64,000 nt of DNA. It comes from an uncultured Mycoplasmatota bacterium (GTDB lineage Bacteria > Bacillota_I > Bacilli_A > RF39 > UBA660). Under the pieces are notes generated by a model. The model had not been told where the DNA came from. It made no database searches and saw only the letters and a program-made list of their open reading frames with translations. Positions 17,421 to 25,106 of the stretch are shown piece by piece (positions within the stretch are counted from its first letter, which is position 1; each line of letters starts with the position of its first letter). The position numbers were made by a program, and so were the translations under genes. Where the stretch lies: contig URWD01000002.1 of the NCBI GenBank assembly GCA_900551525.1, positions 1,152 to 65,151 of the forward strand. The letters are read 5' to 3'.

Positions 17421-17918
17421 ATGAAAGAATCGATGAGTGTAACATATATATTTCAAATAGTAATACTATTTATTCTATTATTTACAGCAATAATGGCTTT
17501 AACAATAAATAATTCCAACGCCTTTGGAATTAAAGACCAAATAGTAAATATATTAGAAGCAAATGGGGGAAATTACTTAGAAGACGGAAATTTAGATGAA
17601 GAAATAATAAATTTAATAGAAAGTACATCATATCGTACAACTGGAAAATGCGATGAAGATTATCAAGGTTTTGATAGAACTGGAGCTGCTGTTTCATCTA
17701 ATCAAGATGCATCAATATGCATAAAAGAAGTAAATGCAACAGATGGTGTAGATAATTATCTATCGGATATTTTTGGCACTGGTAAAGTTGCAACAGGTGA
17801 TTTTATGCCAGGCAAATATTATCAAATAGTAGTATTTTTCCAATTAGATTTACCAGTTGTAAAACAAGTTTATAATTTTAAATCTAAAGCTGAAACAAAA
17901 GTTATATACCAAAAATAA
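17421..17918 (+). CDS. TadE-like pseudopilin candidate 1
   Basis: RBS AGGAGG precedes the start. The N-terminal helix is TYIFQIVILFILLFTAIMALTI, followed by a ~135-aa domain. It shares TGKC(D/P)E(D/N)... with 17932-18384. Confidence 0.4.
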   Translation: MKESMSVTYIFQIVILFILLFTAIMALTINNSNAFGIKDQIVNILEANGGNYLEDGNLDEEIINLIESTSYRTTGKCDEDYQGFDRTGAAVSSNQDASICIKEVNATDGVDNYLSDIFGTGKVATGDFMPGKYYQIVVFFQLDLPVVKQVYNFKSKAETKVIYQK

Positions 17919-17931
17919 GGAGAGAAATTAA

Positions 17932-18384
17932 ATGAAAACAGTAAGTGAATCAACATGGACATTTCAAATGATTATCTTCTTCATTCTAATATTTGCTTGT
18001 TTTCTAACTTTAGTTTTAAGTTATAATAAAGCTTATACAATAAAGAATCGTATGCTTAATATTATTGAAAAATATGAAGGTGTAACACCAACATCAGCTG
18101 AGCTAATAAATGACTACATATATAATAAAGGATATACCAATACTGGTAAATGTCCAGAAAACTGGATGGGAGCAACAAATATAGATGGAGAATTTGAGTT
18201 ATCAAAAAGTGATAACAGATATTTATATTGCTTTAAAAAAAGTTATAAAAATAATTTAGTATATTATGATGTAAAAGTTTTTTTTAGATTTAATTTACCT
18301 GTTATAGGTAGTATAGCAAACTATGAAATAGATGGAACAACAAAGACTTTTATAGGTGCAGAAGATCAAATAGAGGAGTATTAA
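17932..18384 (+). CDS. TadE-like pseudopilin candidate 2
   Basis: RBS AAGGAGAG precedes the start. The N-terminal helix is TWTFQMIIFFILIFACFLTLVL. It is a paralog of 17421-17918. Confidence 0.4.
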   Translation: MKTVSESTWTFQMIIFFILIFACFLTLVLSYNKAYTIKNRMLNIIEKYEGVTPTSAELINDYIYNKGYTNTGKCPENWMGATNIDGEFELSKSDNRYLYCFKKSYKNNLVYYDVKVFFRFNLPVIGSIANYEIDGTTKTFIGAEDQIEEY

Positions 18385-18385
18385 T

Positions 18386-19375
18386 ATGAATGTAATAGTA
18401 TCAAATAAATATCAATCATTATTATCAAGTTTAAATATTGATGTAATTAAAAGTATAAATGGAGAATTTACAGTAGAAGAATTAGTAAGTCAATTTCAAA
18501 GTTTTTACTTTAATAAAATGATTATAGACATAACAGCAATAAAAGGTTATGAAGAAATAACAGTAATGCAAAATTTATCTGTAAATTTTGATATGTCTAA
18601 AGTTATTTTATTACTAGATGATTCAGAAAAAGTTAATTCTCCAGTATATATATCACAATTAATATCTATGGGAATATACAATTTCACCAGTGATATAAAT
18701 ACAGTAAAATACCTAATAGATAATCCCAATCAATACAAAGATGTAGCAAACTATCATAATATAAGTGGATTTAAGAAACCAGTATTAAATGAAAGATCTG
18801 TTGATAATACTCGTGGTAAAATGGGGCAAAAGATTATTGGCTTTAAAAACATTACAGAACATGCTGGTGCAACAACACTAATATATTTGCTTAAATTACA
18901 CTTAGAAAAGGCATATAATGTTAAAGCTGTAGAAATAGATAAAAATGACTTTATATATTTTAATGATAATACACTTGAAAGTGTATCAAGTTTAGGTTTT
19001 AATGATTTTTTAAGTAATAATACCAATTATGATATAATTTTAGTTGATTTAAATGATGGAAACGTATCTGAGTACTGTCATGATATAATTTATTTAATTG
19101 AACCAGGTCTTATTAAATTAAATAAGTTAATTAGAGAAGACAATGCTATATTTACTAAATTAAATGAAAAAAAGATAGTTCTTAACAGAAGTGTACTTGA
19201 CACAAAAGATGTACAAGACTTTGAAAAAGAAAGTGGAAGTAAAGTTTTTTTCAATATGCCTTGTTTAGATGATAAGTTAGATGATCAAATGGTAGTTAAT
19301 GCTTTTTTAACAGCCTTAGGTTTTAGTAGAATTGATGCAAATGGAAGTTCAGGAATATTTAGTATATTCAAATAG
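18386..19375 (+). CDS. TadZ/CpaE-like protein: receiver-like N-domain plus ParA/MinD-like domain with degenerate Walker A
   Basis: RBS GAGGAG precedes the start. The N-terminus has a flavodoxin-like pattern (MNVIVSN...KMIIDITA...VILLLDD). The C-terminus has IIGFKNITEHAGATTLIYLL (where KGGxGKTT is expected), DIILVDLN, IYLIEPG and KIVLNR. Confidence 0.5.
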   Translation: MNVIVSNKYQSLLSSLNIDVIKSINGEFTVEELVSQFQSFYFNKMIIDITAIKGYEEITVMQNLSVNFDMSKVILLLDDSEKVNSPVYISQLISMGIYNFTSDINTVKYLIDNPNQYKDVANYHNISGFKKPVLNERSVDNTRGKMGQKIIGFKNITEHAGATTLIYLLKLHLEKAYNVKAVEIDKNDFIYFNDNTLESVSSLGFNDFLSNNTNYDIILVDLNDGNVSEYCHDIIYLIEPGLIKLNKLIREDNAIFTKLNEKKIVLNRSVLDTKDVQDFEKESGSKVFFNMPCLDDKLDDQMVVNAFLTALGFSRIDANGSSGIFSIFK

Positions 19376-19389
19376 GGAGGTAATGGAAT

Positions 19390-19740
19390 ATGAATTTTTG
19401 TTATAAGACTGCAAGTGTATGGTTATTTATTGGTAAATTATTATTCATTTTAAAGATATTAATACCAATAGCTATTATAGTATTAGGAAGCATAGATTTA
19501 GGAAAAGCAGTAATTTCAAGTGATGATAAATCAATAAAAACAGCTAGTACCAAGCTATTAAAAAGAATAGTAGCTGGAATATGCATTTTTTTCATACCAG
19601 TTATTATAAAAGTGTTATTTTCTATGATTGGCATTATAAGTGATGAAATAAAAAATGACTATATAAATTGTATAAACTGCATTACAGATCCGTATAACAA
19701 TTGTGATGCATCGTATGAAGGCAATATATACAAAAAATAA
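19390..19740 (+). CDS. 2-TM small membrane protein with N-terminal Cys and C-terminal C-x2-C-x6-C tail (family member 1)
   Basis: RBS GGGAGG precedes the start. Sequence: MNFCYKTASVWLFIGKLLFILKILIPIAIIVLGSIDLGKAVISSDDKSIK...RIVAGICIFFIPVIIKVLFSMIG...INCINCITDPYNNC. Confidence 0.6.
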   Translation: MNFCYKTASVWLFIGKLLFILKILIPIAIIVLGSIDLGKAVISSDDKSIKTASTKLLKRIVAGICIFFIPVIIKVLFSMIGIISDEIKNDYINCINCITDPYNNCDASYEGNIYKK

Positions 19741-19769
19741 TTGACTTTAATGTAAAATTAGGGTAAAAT
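19741..19769 (+). promoter_or_regulatory. Sigma-A-type promoter candidate
   Basis: TTGACT (19741-19746), a 17-nt spacer, then TAAAAT (19764-19769). RBS GAAGGAGG follows. Confidence 0.5.
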
Positions 19770-19796
19770 AAATATATACAGAAGGAGGAAAGTTTT

Positions 19797-20135
19797 ATGA
19801 ATTTTTGTGAAGATGCTGGTTCAGTTTGGTATACTCTTGGAATGTTTATGTTAGTATTCAAAGTTGTTATTCCAGTACTATTGATTGTTTTTGGAATGGT
19901 AGACTTAGGAAAAGCTGTAATATCAAGTGATGACAAAGCTGTATCAAAGGCTGCTAAAACATTATTAAATCGTGTTATAGCTGGGGTATGTATTTTCTTT
20001 ATTCCAACTATTGTAGGATTAGTATTTAAAATGGTTGGGGCATTTGGTGAGGTTAAAAATCAATATGATTATTGTGCTGCATGCGTAAGTAATCCAACCG
20101 GTGATAAATGTTCAGGTATAAAAAATAATGGCTAA
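19797..20135 (+). CDS. 2-TM small membrane protein with N-terminal Cys and C-terminal C-x2-C-x6-C tail (family member 2)
   Basis: Sequence: MNFCEDAGSVWYTLGMFMLVFKVVIPVLLIVFGMVDLGKAVISSDDKAVS...RVIAGVCIFFIPTIVGLVFKMVG...YCAACVSNPTGDKC. It is a paralog of 19390-19740. Confidence 0.6.
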   Translation: MNFCEDAGSVWYTLGMFMLVFKVVIPVLLIVFGMVDLGKAVISSDDKAVSKAAKTLLNRVIAGVCIFFIPTIVGLVFKMVGAFGEVKNQYDYCAACVSNPTGDKCSGIKNNG

Positions 20136-20157
20136 AAAAAATTAATAATTTAAACTT

Positions 20158-20196
20158 AACAAATGAGAAATTATTATTTCTCATTTGTTTTTTATT
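20158..20196 (+). terminator. Strong rho-independent terminator closing the operon
   Basis: A 14-bp perfect stem pairs AACAAATGAGAAAT (20158-20171) with ATTTCTCATTTGTT (20176-20189), with loop TATT, followed by TTTTTATTT. Confidence 0.85.
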
Positions 20197-20298
20197 TATA
20201 AAATATTTGATAAAAGATAAAGTATTACAGAATGTCAATATATCATTTTAAATAATATTATACAAAATGTGTAGATATAACAAATTAAAATTAATTCA

Positions 20299-20325
20299 TA
20301 AAAAATAGAGCTTATTCAGCTCTAT
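20299..20325 (-). terminator. Terminator of the 514-aa minus-strand gene
   Basis: Stem ATAGAGC (20305-20311) pairs with GCTCTAT (20319-20325) and spans the stop codon. The A-run 20300-20305 gives a U-run on the minus strand. Confidence 0.5.
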
Positions 20326-21856
20326 CTTCATATTCTCCAGTATAAGTATATCCTGCAAGTGATTTTTCTTTGCTCCATTTATATTCAAATGTTCTATGTG
20401 TCCAAGTATATTCAGTGTCAGTATCTATAATAGCATAGTCTTCATACTTAGATGCATTAGAAGCTAAATCCCATTTACATTTGCTTTCTCTTGTATAACT
20501 AACATCAAATTTCAATGGTACAAAATATACATTTTGACTTAAATTGCTAGCATAATATGGTGATACACCATTTAAATTTTTATAATTAATTGTAATTGTT
20601 GTAGCATAATTTCCTTCAGCTCTATTATAATAAGCTCCAGAAACTTCAAATGTAAAGTTATTTTTCTTTAATGAAGTATTTCTAAATGTTGATGCATTAT
20701 TTATTGCAACATTATATTTTCCAGTATTACCAGTCATATATAGGTTACCACGATTGTTAATATAAGCTTGATAGTCAGTATTTGAATTACTGAAATAAGA
20801 TTTACTATTGCCTACAATAGCAACACTATTAACATCACTAGGTAAATCTAGGAATTGAACTTCATAGTTATATTTACCAACTTTAGTAGTATCAGTAACA
20901 TATCCAGTTGAATAATAAGTTTTTTCATATTCTTTACAATAATTATTAGTTTCTACCAATTGTTTTTTATTTTCAGCATTAGAAGCATTAGAGTAACCGT
21001 TTTCCCAATCACTATATTTTACATATTTATAATATCTAACCTTGGTAGGTGTAGGATTAGGTTTGTTGTTATCGTTATTATTATTATTATTATTGTTATT
21101 GTTATTATTATTGTTATTGTTGCAATTTGTTTGACAACAACCATTTGAACAAGTTATTTTTATTGTAACCTTAGTAGTAACTGTTGTTTTAGTACTTGTA
21201 CTAGTGCTTGAACTATTTCCTTTACTAGTATTAGTATTATTTGAACTATTGTTACTATTTGTATTATTGTTAGTATTACTATTATTCTTATTTGTATTAG
21301 AATTTGTATTATTAGAGTTATTATTGTTGTTATTGTTATTATCAACAACATCAGTATTAGTTTTTGTATTATCTACTGTACAAGTTCCATTATCACATGA
21401 AGTCTTTTCAATAGTAGTAACAATAAAGTCTGATTGTTTTCCACAAGTTAAACTAACTTTTAATGCATAATTACCATCAGCAGTTTTAGTAGTTTGAATG
21501 TAACTTGAATTATTATCACAAGTTTTACCATCGTTAGTAAAATCGATTAATAACTTTTGGTTAATCATTTGTGCTAGTGTTACTTTTTCAGTTGCACCAA
21601 CTTTTTCAGGTAATTTTGATTTTGTGAAATATTCAAATGCTGCAGTTTTCATAGTGTTTATATTATTAATATATTTACTATTACTATCAGCTAATGTGTT
21701 ACTAGATTTAGTTGAACTATTGCCGGTTACTTTAACAAATATCCAACCAGCTATAAACACAATAACTGCAAGAATCACAAGTTTAATTGCAAGTGATCCC
21801 CAATTTAAACTTAAACTTTTCTTTCCATCTTCGTACATATAACGTACCCCCTTCAT
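20312..21856 (-). CDS. N-anchored surface protein with a pilin-like proximal domain, long Asn/Ser/Thr low-complexity spacers and a beta-rich C-terminal domain
   Basis: RBS GAGGA lies 8 nt upstream of ATG 21856. The TM is LAIKLVILAVIVFIAGWIFV. It has a Cys-bracketed domain (...DGKTCDNN...KVSLTCGKQ), poly-N runs, and a 250-aa Y/N/T-rich C-terminus. Confidence 0.7.
   Translation of the reverse strand: MKGVRYMYEDGKKSLSLNWGSLAIKLVILAVIVFIAGWIFVKVTGNSSTKSSNTLADSNSKYINNINTMKTAAFEYFTKSKLPEKVGATEKVTLAQMINQKLLIDFTNDGKTCDNNSSYIQTTKTADGNYALKVSLTCGKQSDFIVTTIEKTSCDNGTCTVDNTKTNTDVVDNNNNNNNNSNNTNSNTNKNNSNTNNNTNSNNSSNNTNTSKGNSSSTSTSTKTTVTTKVTIKITCSNGCCQTNCNNNNNNNNNNNNNNNNDNNKPNPTPTKVRYYKYVKYSDWENGYSNASNAENKKQLVETNNYCKEYEKTYYSTGYVTDTTKVGKYNYEVQFLDLPSDVNSVAIVGNSKSYFSNSNTDYQAYINNRGNLYMTGNTGKYNVAINNASTFRNTSLKKNNFTFEVSGAYYNRAEGNYATTITINYKNLNGVSPYYASNLSQNVYFVPLKFDVSYTRESKCKWDLASNASKYEDYAIIDTDTEYTWTHRTFEYKWSKEKSLAGYTYTGEYEDRAE
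21063..21123. repeat. Imperfect trinucleotide (ATT/GTT on +, i.e. AAT/AAC Asn codons on -) tract
   Basis: gttgttatcgttattattattattattattgttattgttattattattgttattgttg encodes an uninterrupted run of 15 Asn within NNNNNNNNNNNNNNNDNN. Confidence 0.9.
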
Positions 21857-22019
21857 TTGGAAAATCCTCTTTTCCTTTAAGTCGCCATTATTTTACCATA
21901 AAATATTCATTTTGTCAAATTTTATGCAATAAAAATTGTGGTATTTACAATAATTATATACTTTTGAAAAACTAATATTAAATATCTTTCTTAAAAAGTA
22001 TATTTTGAAAGAATATTAC

Positions 22020-22049
22020 TTGACTACAAATATATGTTTGTGATATATT
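22020..22049 (+). promoter_or_regulatory. uvrA promoter candidate (extended -10)
   Basis: TTGACT (22020-22025), an 18-nt spacer, then TGaTATATT (22041-22049). Confidence 0.4.
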
Positions 22050-22105
22050 ATTTCTGCATGAAAATTATCTTTTTGTGTCAAAATATGAAAAAGAGGTGTT
22101 TACTT

Positions 22106-24910
22106 ATGAATAATGATAAAATAATAATAAAAGGAGCTAGAGAAAACAATTTAAAAAATGTAGATTTAGAAATTCCTAAAAATAAGTTAGTTGTTATGAC
22201 CGGAGTATCAGGTTCAGGAAAAAGTAGTTTAGCATTCGATACTATTTATGCGGAAGGACAACGAAGATATGTAGAAAGTTTATCTGCTTATGCCCGTCAA
22301 TTTATTGGTGTAAATGAAAAACCAGATGTAGACTCTATTGAAGGATTATCACCATCAATATCAATTGACCAAAAATCTACAAACAAAAATCCACGTTCAA
22401 CTGTAGGTACTATAACTGAAATCTATGATTATTTACGTCTTTTATTTGCTAGAATTGGTAGACCTTACTGTCCAACACATCATACACCAATTAAAAGTCA
22501 AAGTATTGAAGAAATGACTAATAAAGTAATGGAATACAAAGGAAAAACAGTTACTATATTAGCACCTGTAGTTCATGGCGAAAAGGGAACACATAAAGAT
22601 TTATTTGATGAACTTCGTAAAGAAGGTTTTACACGTGTTCGCGTAAATGGCAAAAATATGAGTTTAAATGAAGAAATAACTCTAGAAAAAAATATTAAAG
22701 ACAATATAGATATTATAATAGATAAAATTACTGTAGATAATGAAGAATATAGCAGAATATTTGAAGCCGTAGAAACAAGCACCAAGAAAGCTGATGGTAA
22801 AGTAGTATTACTAGTTGATGATGAAGAAATATTCATGAGTGAAAAATATGCTTGTGAAATATGTAATTATTCAATACCAGAACTAGAACCAAGATTATTT
22901 TCATTTAATGCCCCATACGGAGCTTGTGAAGAATGTAAAGGCTTAGGTACAAAGCTTCATATCAGTAAAGATTTACTAATACCAGATCCTAATAAATCTT
23001 TAGTGGAAGGTGCCATATCTGCTTTAAGTATGGATTCAAATATGTACTTTACACAAATAGAAACAGTATGTAAAAGGTATGATATCAATATGTTTGCACC
23101 TGTAAAAGACATTCCTGAAGAAAAATTAAACTATATATTATATGGTACAAATGAAATTCTTGAATTTAAATATGTATCCAAAAATGGTAGTACCAGAAAT
23201 ACAAAAGGTACATATGAAGGTGTAATTCCAACACTAGAAAGAAGATATGTTGAAACAAAAAGTGGATGGATCAGGGAATGGCTTCAAGGGTATATGATTG
23301 AAACAGAGTGTCCAGTTTGTAAAGGAAAAAGATTACAAAAATCAGTATTATCTATATATATTAATGATAAGAATATTTTTGATATGTGTGATATGTCTAT
23401 AAGTGACTTACTTGATTTTGTTAAAAAGTTAAAACTAAATAACGAAGAAAAAGAAATAAGTAACCTTATATTAAAAGAAATAATTTCTAGACTAGAGTTT
23501 TTAAATAACGTTGGTTTATCATATTTAACTTTAACAAGAAGTGCAGGAACATTATCTGGTGGGGAAGCACAAAGAATAAGACTTGCCACTCAAATTGGTT
23601 CAAAATTATCTGGTGTTTTATATGTTCTTGATGAACCAAGTATAGGGCTACATCAAAAAGATAATGAACGTTTAATTAATTCATTAAAAGAAATGCGTGA
23701 CTTAGGTAATTCACTAATTGTTGTTGAGCATGATACAGATACTATGCTAGCATCAGACTATTTAGTAGATGTAGGACCTGGCGCAGGTGAATATGGTGGA
23801 CAAATTATGGCAGCAGGAACACCTGAAGAAGTTATGAAAAATCCAAATAGTTTAACAGGAAAATATCTAAGCGGAGAGTTAAAAATAGAAGTTCCAGAAA
23901 AACGAAGAAAAGGTAATGGTTTAAAAATTAGTATTAAAGGTGCCAAAGAAAATAATTTGAAAAATGTAAATGTAGATATTCCTCTTAATAAATTAGTTGT
24001 TGTAACTGGTGTATCAGGTTCAGGTAAATCTTCACTCATCAATGAGGTATTATATAAAAAACTAGCATCAGAAATTTATAAAAGCAAAGTAGTTCCTGGA
24101 GCATGTAAAGAAATAACTGGTCTTGAAAATATTGATAAAGTAATTCAAATAACTCAAGATGCTATAGGTAGAACCCCAAGAAGTAATCCAGCAACCTACG
24201 TTGGAGTATTTGATGATATTAGAGATTTATTTTCTCAAACAAAAGAAGCCAAAATGCGAGGCTATGACAAAGGACGTTTCTCATTTAATGTAAAAGGCGG
24301 AAGATGTGAAAATTGTTGGGGAGACGGTGTTAAAAAAATTGAAATGCATTTCCTAGCAGATGTTTATGTTCCATGTGATGTATGTAAAGGTAAAAGATAT
24401 AATAGAGAAACTCTGGAAATAAAGTATAAAGGCAAAAACATAAGTGAAGTTTTAGATATGAGAGTAAGTGAAGCACTAGAATTTTTTGAAAATGTTCCGA
24501 AAATTTACAATAAATTAAAAGTAATGATGGATGTTGGACTTTCATACATTAAATTAGGACAATCAGCACCTACATTATCAGGTGGGGAAGCCGGTCGTGT
24601 AAAGCTTGCAAAAGAACTTCAAAAAAAAGCAACAGGAAAATCAATATTTATACTTGATGAACCAACAACAGGACTTCATTCTGATGATATCAAAAAACTA
24701 TTAGTTATCCTAAATAGAATTGTGGATAACGGAGATACAGTTATAGTAATTGAACACAACCTAGATGTTATAAAAGTGGCAGATCACATTATAGATTTAG
24801 GCCCAGATGGTGGTAAATATGGAGGAAAAATCATTGCAACAGGAACTCCAGAACAAGTTGCAAAATGCAAGGGTTCATATACAGGTGAATTTTTAGCCAA
24901 AATACTATAG
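22106..24910 (+). CDS. uvrA: Excinuclease ABC subunit A
   Basis: RBS AAGAGG 22091-22096 precedes ATG 22106; the track start at 22034 is an unsupported extension. It has IIIKGARENNLKNV, two GVSGSGKSSL Walker A motifs, two LSGGEAQR/LSGGEAGR signatures and zinc-finger CxxC pairs. Confidence 0.95.
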   Translation: MNNDKIIIKGARENNLKNVDLEIPKNKLVVMTGVSGSGKSSLAFDTIYAEGQRRYVESLSAYARQFIGVNEKPDVDSIEGLSPSISIDQKSTNKNPRSTVGTITEIYDYLRLLFARIGRPYCPTHHTPIKSQSIEEMTNKVMEYKGKTVTILAPVVHGEKGTHKDLFDELRKEGFTRVRVNGKNMSLNEEITLEKNIKDNIDIIIDKITVDNEEYSRIFEAVETSTKKADGKVVLLVDDEEIFMSEKYACEICNYSIPELEPRLFSFNAPYGACEECKGLGTKLHISKDLLIPDPNKSLVEGAISALSMDSNMYFTQIETVCKRYDINMFAPVKDIPEEKLNYILYGTNEILEFKYVSKNGSTRNTKGTYEGVIPTLERRYVETKSGWIREWLQGYMIETECPVCKGKRLQKSVLSIYINDKNIFDMCDMSISDLLDFVKKLKLNNEEKEISNLILKEIISRLEFLNNVGLSYLTLTRSAGTLSGGEAQRIRLATQIGSKLSGVLYVLDEPSIGLHQKDNERLINSLKEMRDLGNSLIVVEHDTDTMLASDYLVDVGPGAGEYGGQIMAAGTPEEVMKNPNSLTGKYLSGELKIEVPEKRRKGNGLKISIKGAKENNLKNVNVDIPLNKLVVVTGVSGSGKSSLINEVLYKKLASEIYKSKVVPGACKEITGLENIDKVIQITQDAIGRTPRSNPATYVGVFDDIRDLFSQTKEAKMRGYDKGRFSFNVKGGRCENCWGDGVKKIEMHFLADVYVPCDVCKGKRYNRETLEIKYKGKNISEVLDMRVSEALEFFENVPKIYNKLKVMMDVGLSYIKLGQSAPTLSGGEAGRVKLAKELQKKATGKSIFILDEPTTGLHSDDIKKLLVILNRIVDNGDTVIVIEHNLDVIKVADHIIDLGPDGGKYGGKIIATGTPEQVAKCKGSYTGEFLAKIL

Positions 24911-24946
24911 TAATGAAATTTTCTAAAATATGATATTTTTATTAAG

Positions 24947-24980
24947 CACTACACTTCTATTAAAATGTGTAGTGTTTTTT
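24947..24980 (+). terminator. Rho-independent terminator after uvrA
   Basis: Stem CACTACAC (24947-24954) pairs with GTGTAGTG (24967-24974), followed by T6. Confidence 0.7.
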
Positions 24981-25106
24981 CTAGAATAAAGTTTTATTAA
25001 TAAGAAACAACTTTAAAATGTAAAATTTTACATAAAATTATAAATACGATATTAATAATAGATAAATTTAAAAAAATTTGTTACAATATTAATGGAGAGT
25101 GAATTT

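Noticed and set aside
19390-20135. The two small 2-TM proteins considered as holins
   Set aside because: There is no endolysin, phage or lysis context. The conserved extracellular Cys pattern, and fusion of the same module to large ectodomains, argue for an anchor or structural role instead.
20960-21470. Three ORFs (20960-21148 +, 21160-21351 -, 21204-21470 +) over the Asn/Ser/Thr-repeat region
   Set aside because: They are produced by the trinucleotide repeat being open in several frames. Their translations are pure I/V/L or repeat strings. The 514-aa minus-strand frame has the RBS, TM and domains.
22026-22041. Imperfect palindrome ACAAATATATGTTTGT between the uvrA -35 and -10, considered as a LexA/SOS (Cheo) box
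   Set aside because: The GAAC-N4-GTTC half-sites are not there (AAAT...GTTT at best). AT-rich palindromes are frequent in this sequence.
22034-22105. 24-codon N-terminal extension of uvrA in the ORF track
   Set aside because: The RBS AAGAGG sits in front of ATG 22106, and UvrA proteins begin near ...IKGARENNLKN. The extension also overlaps the promoter candidate.
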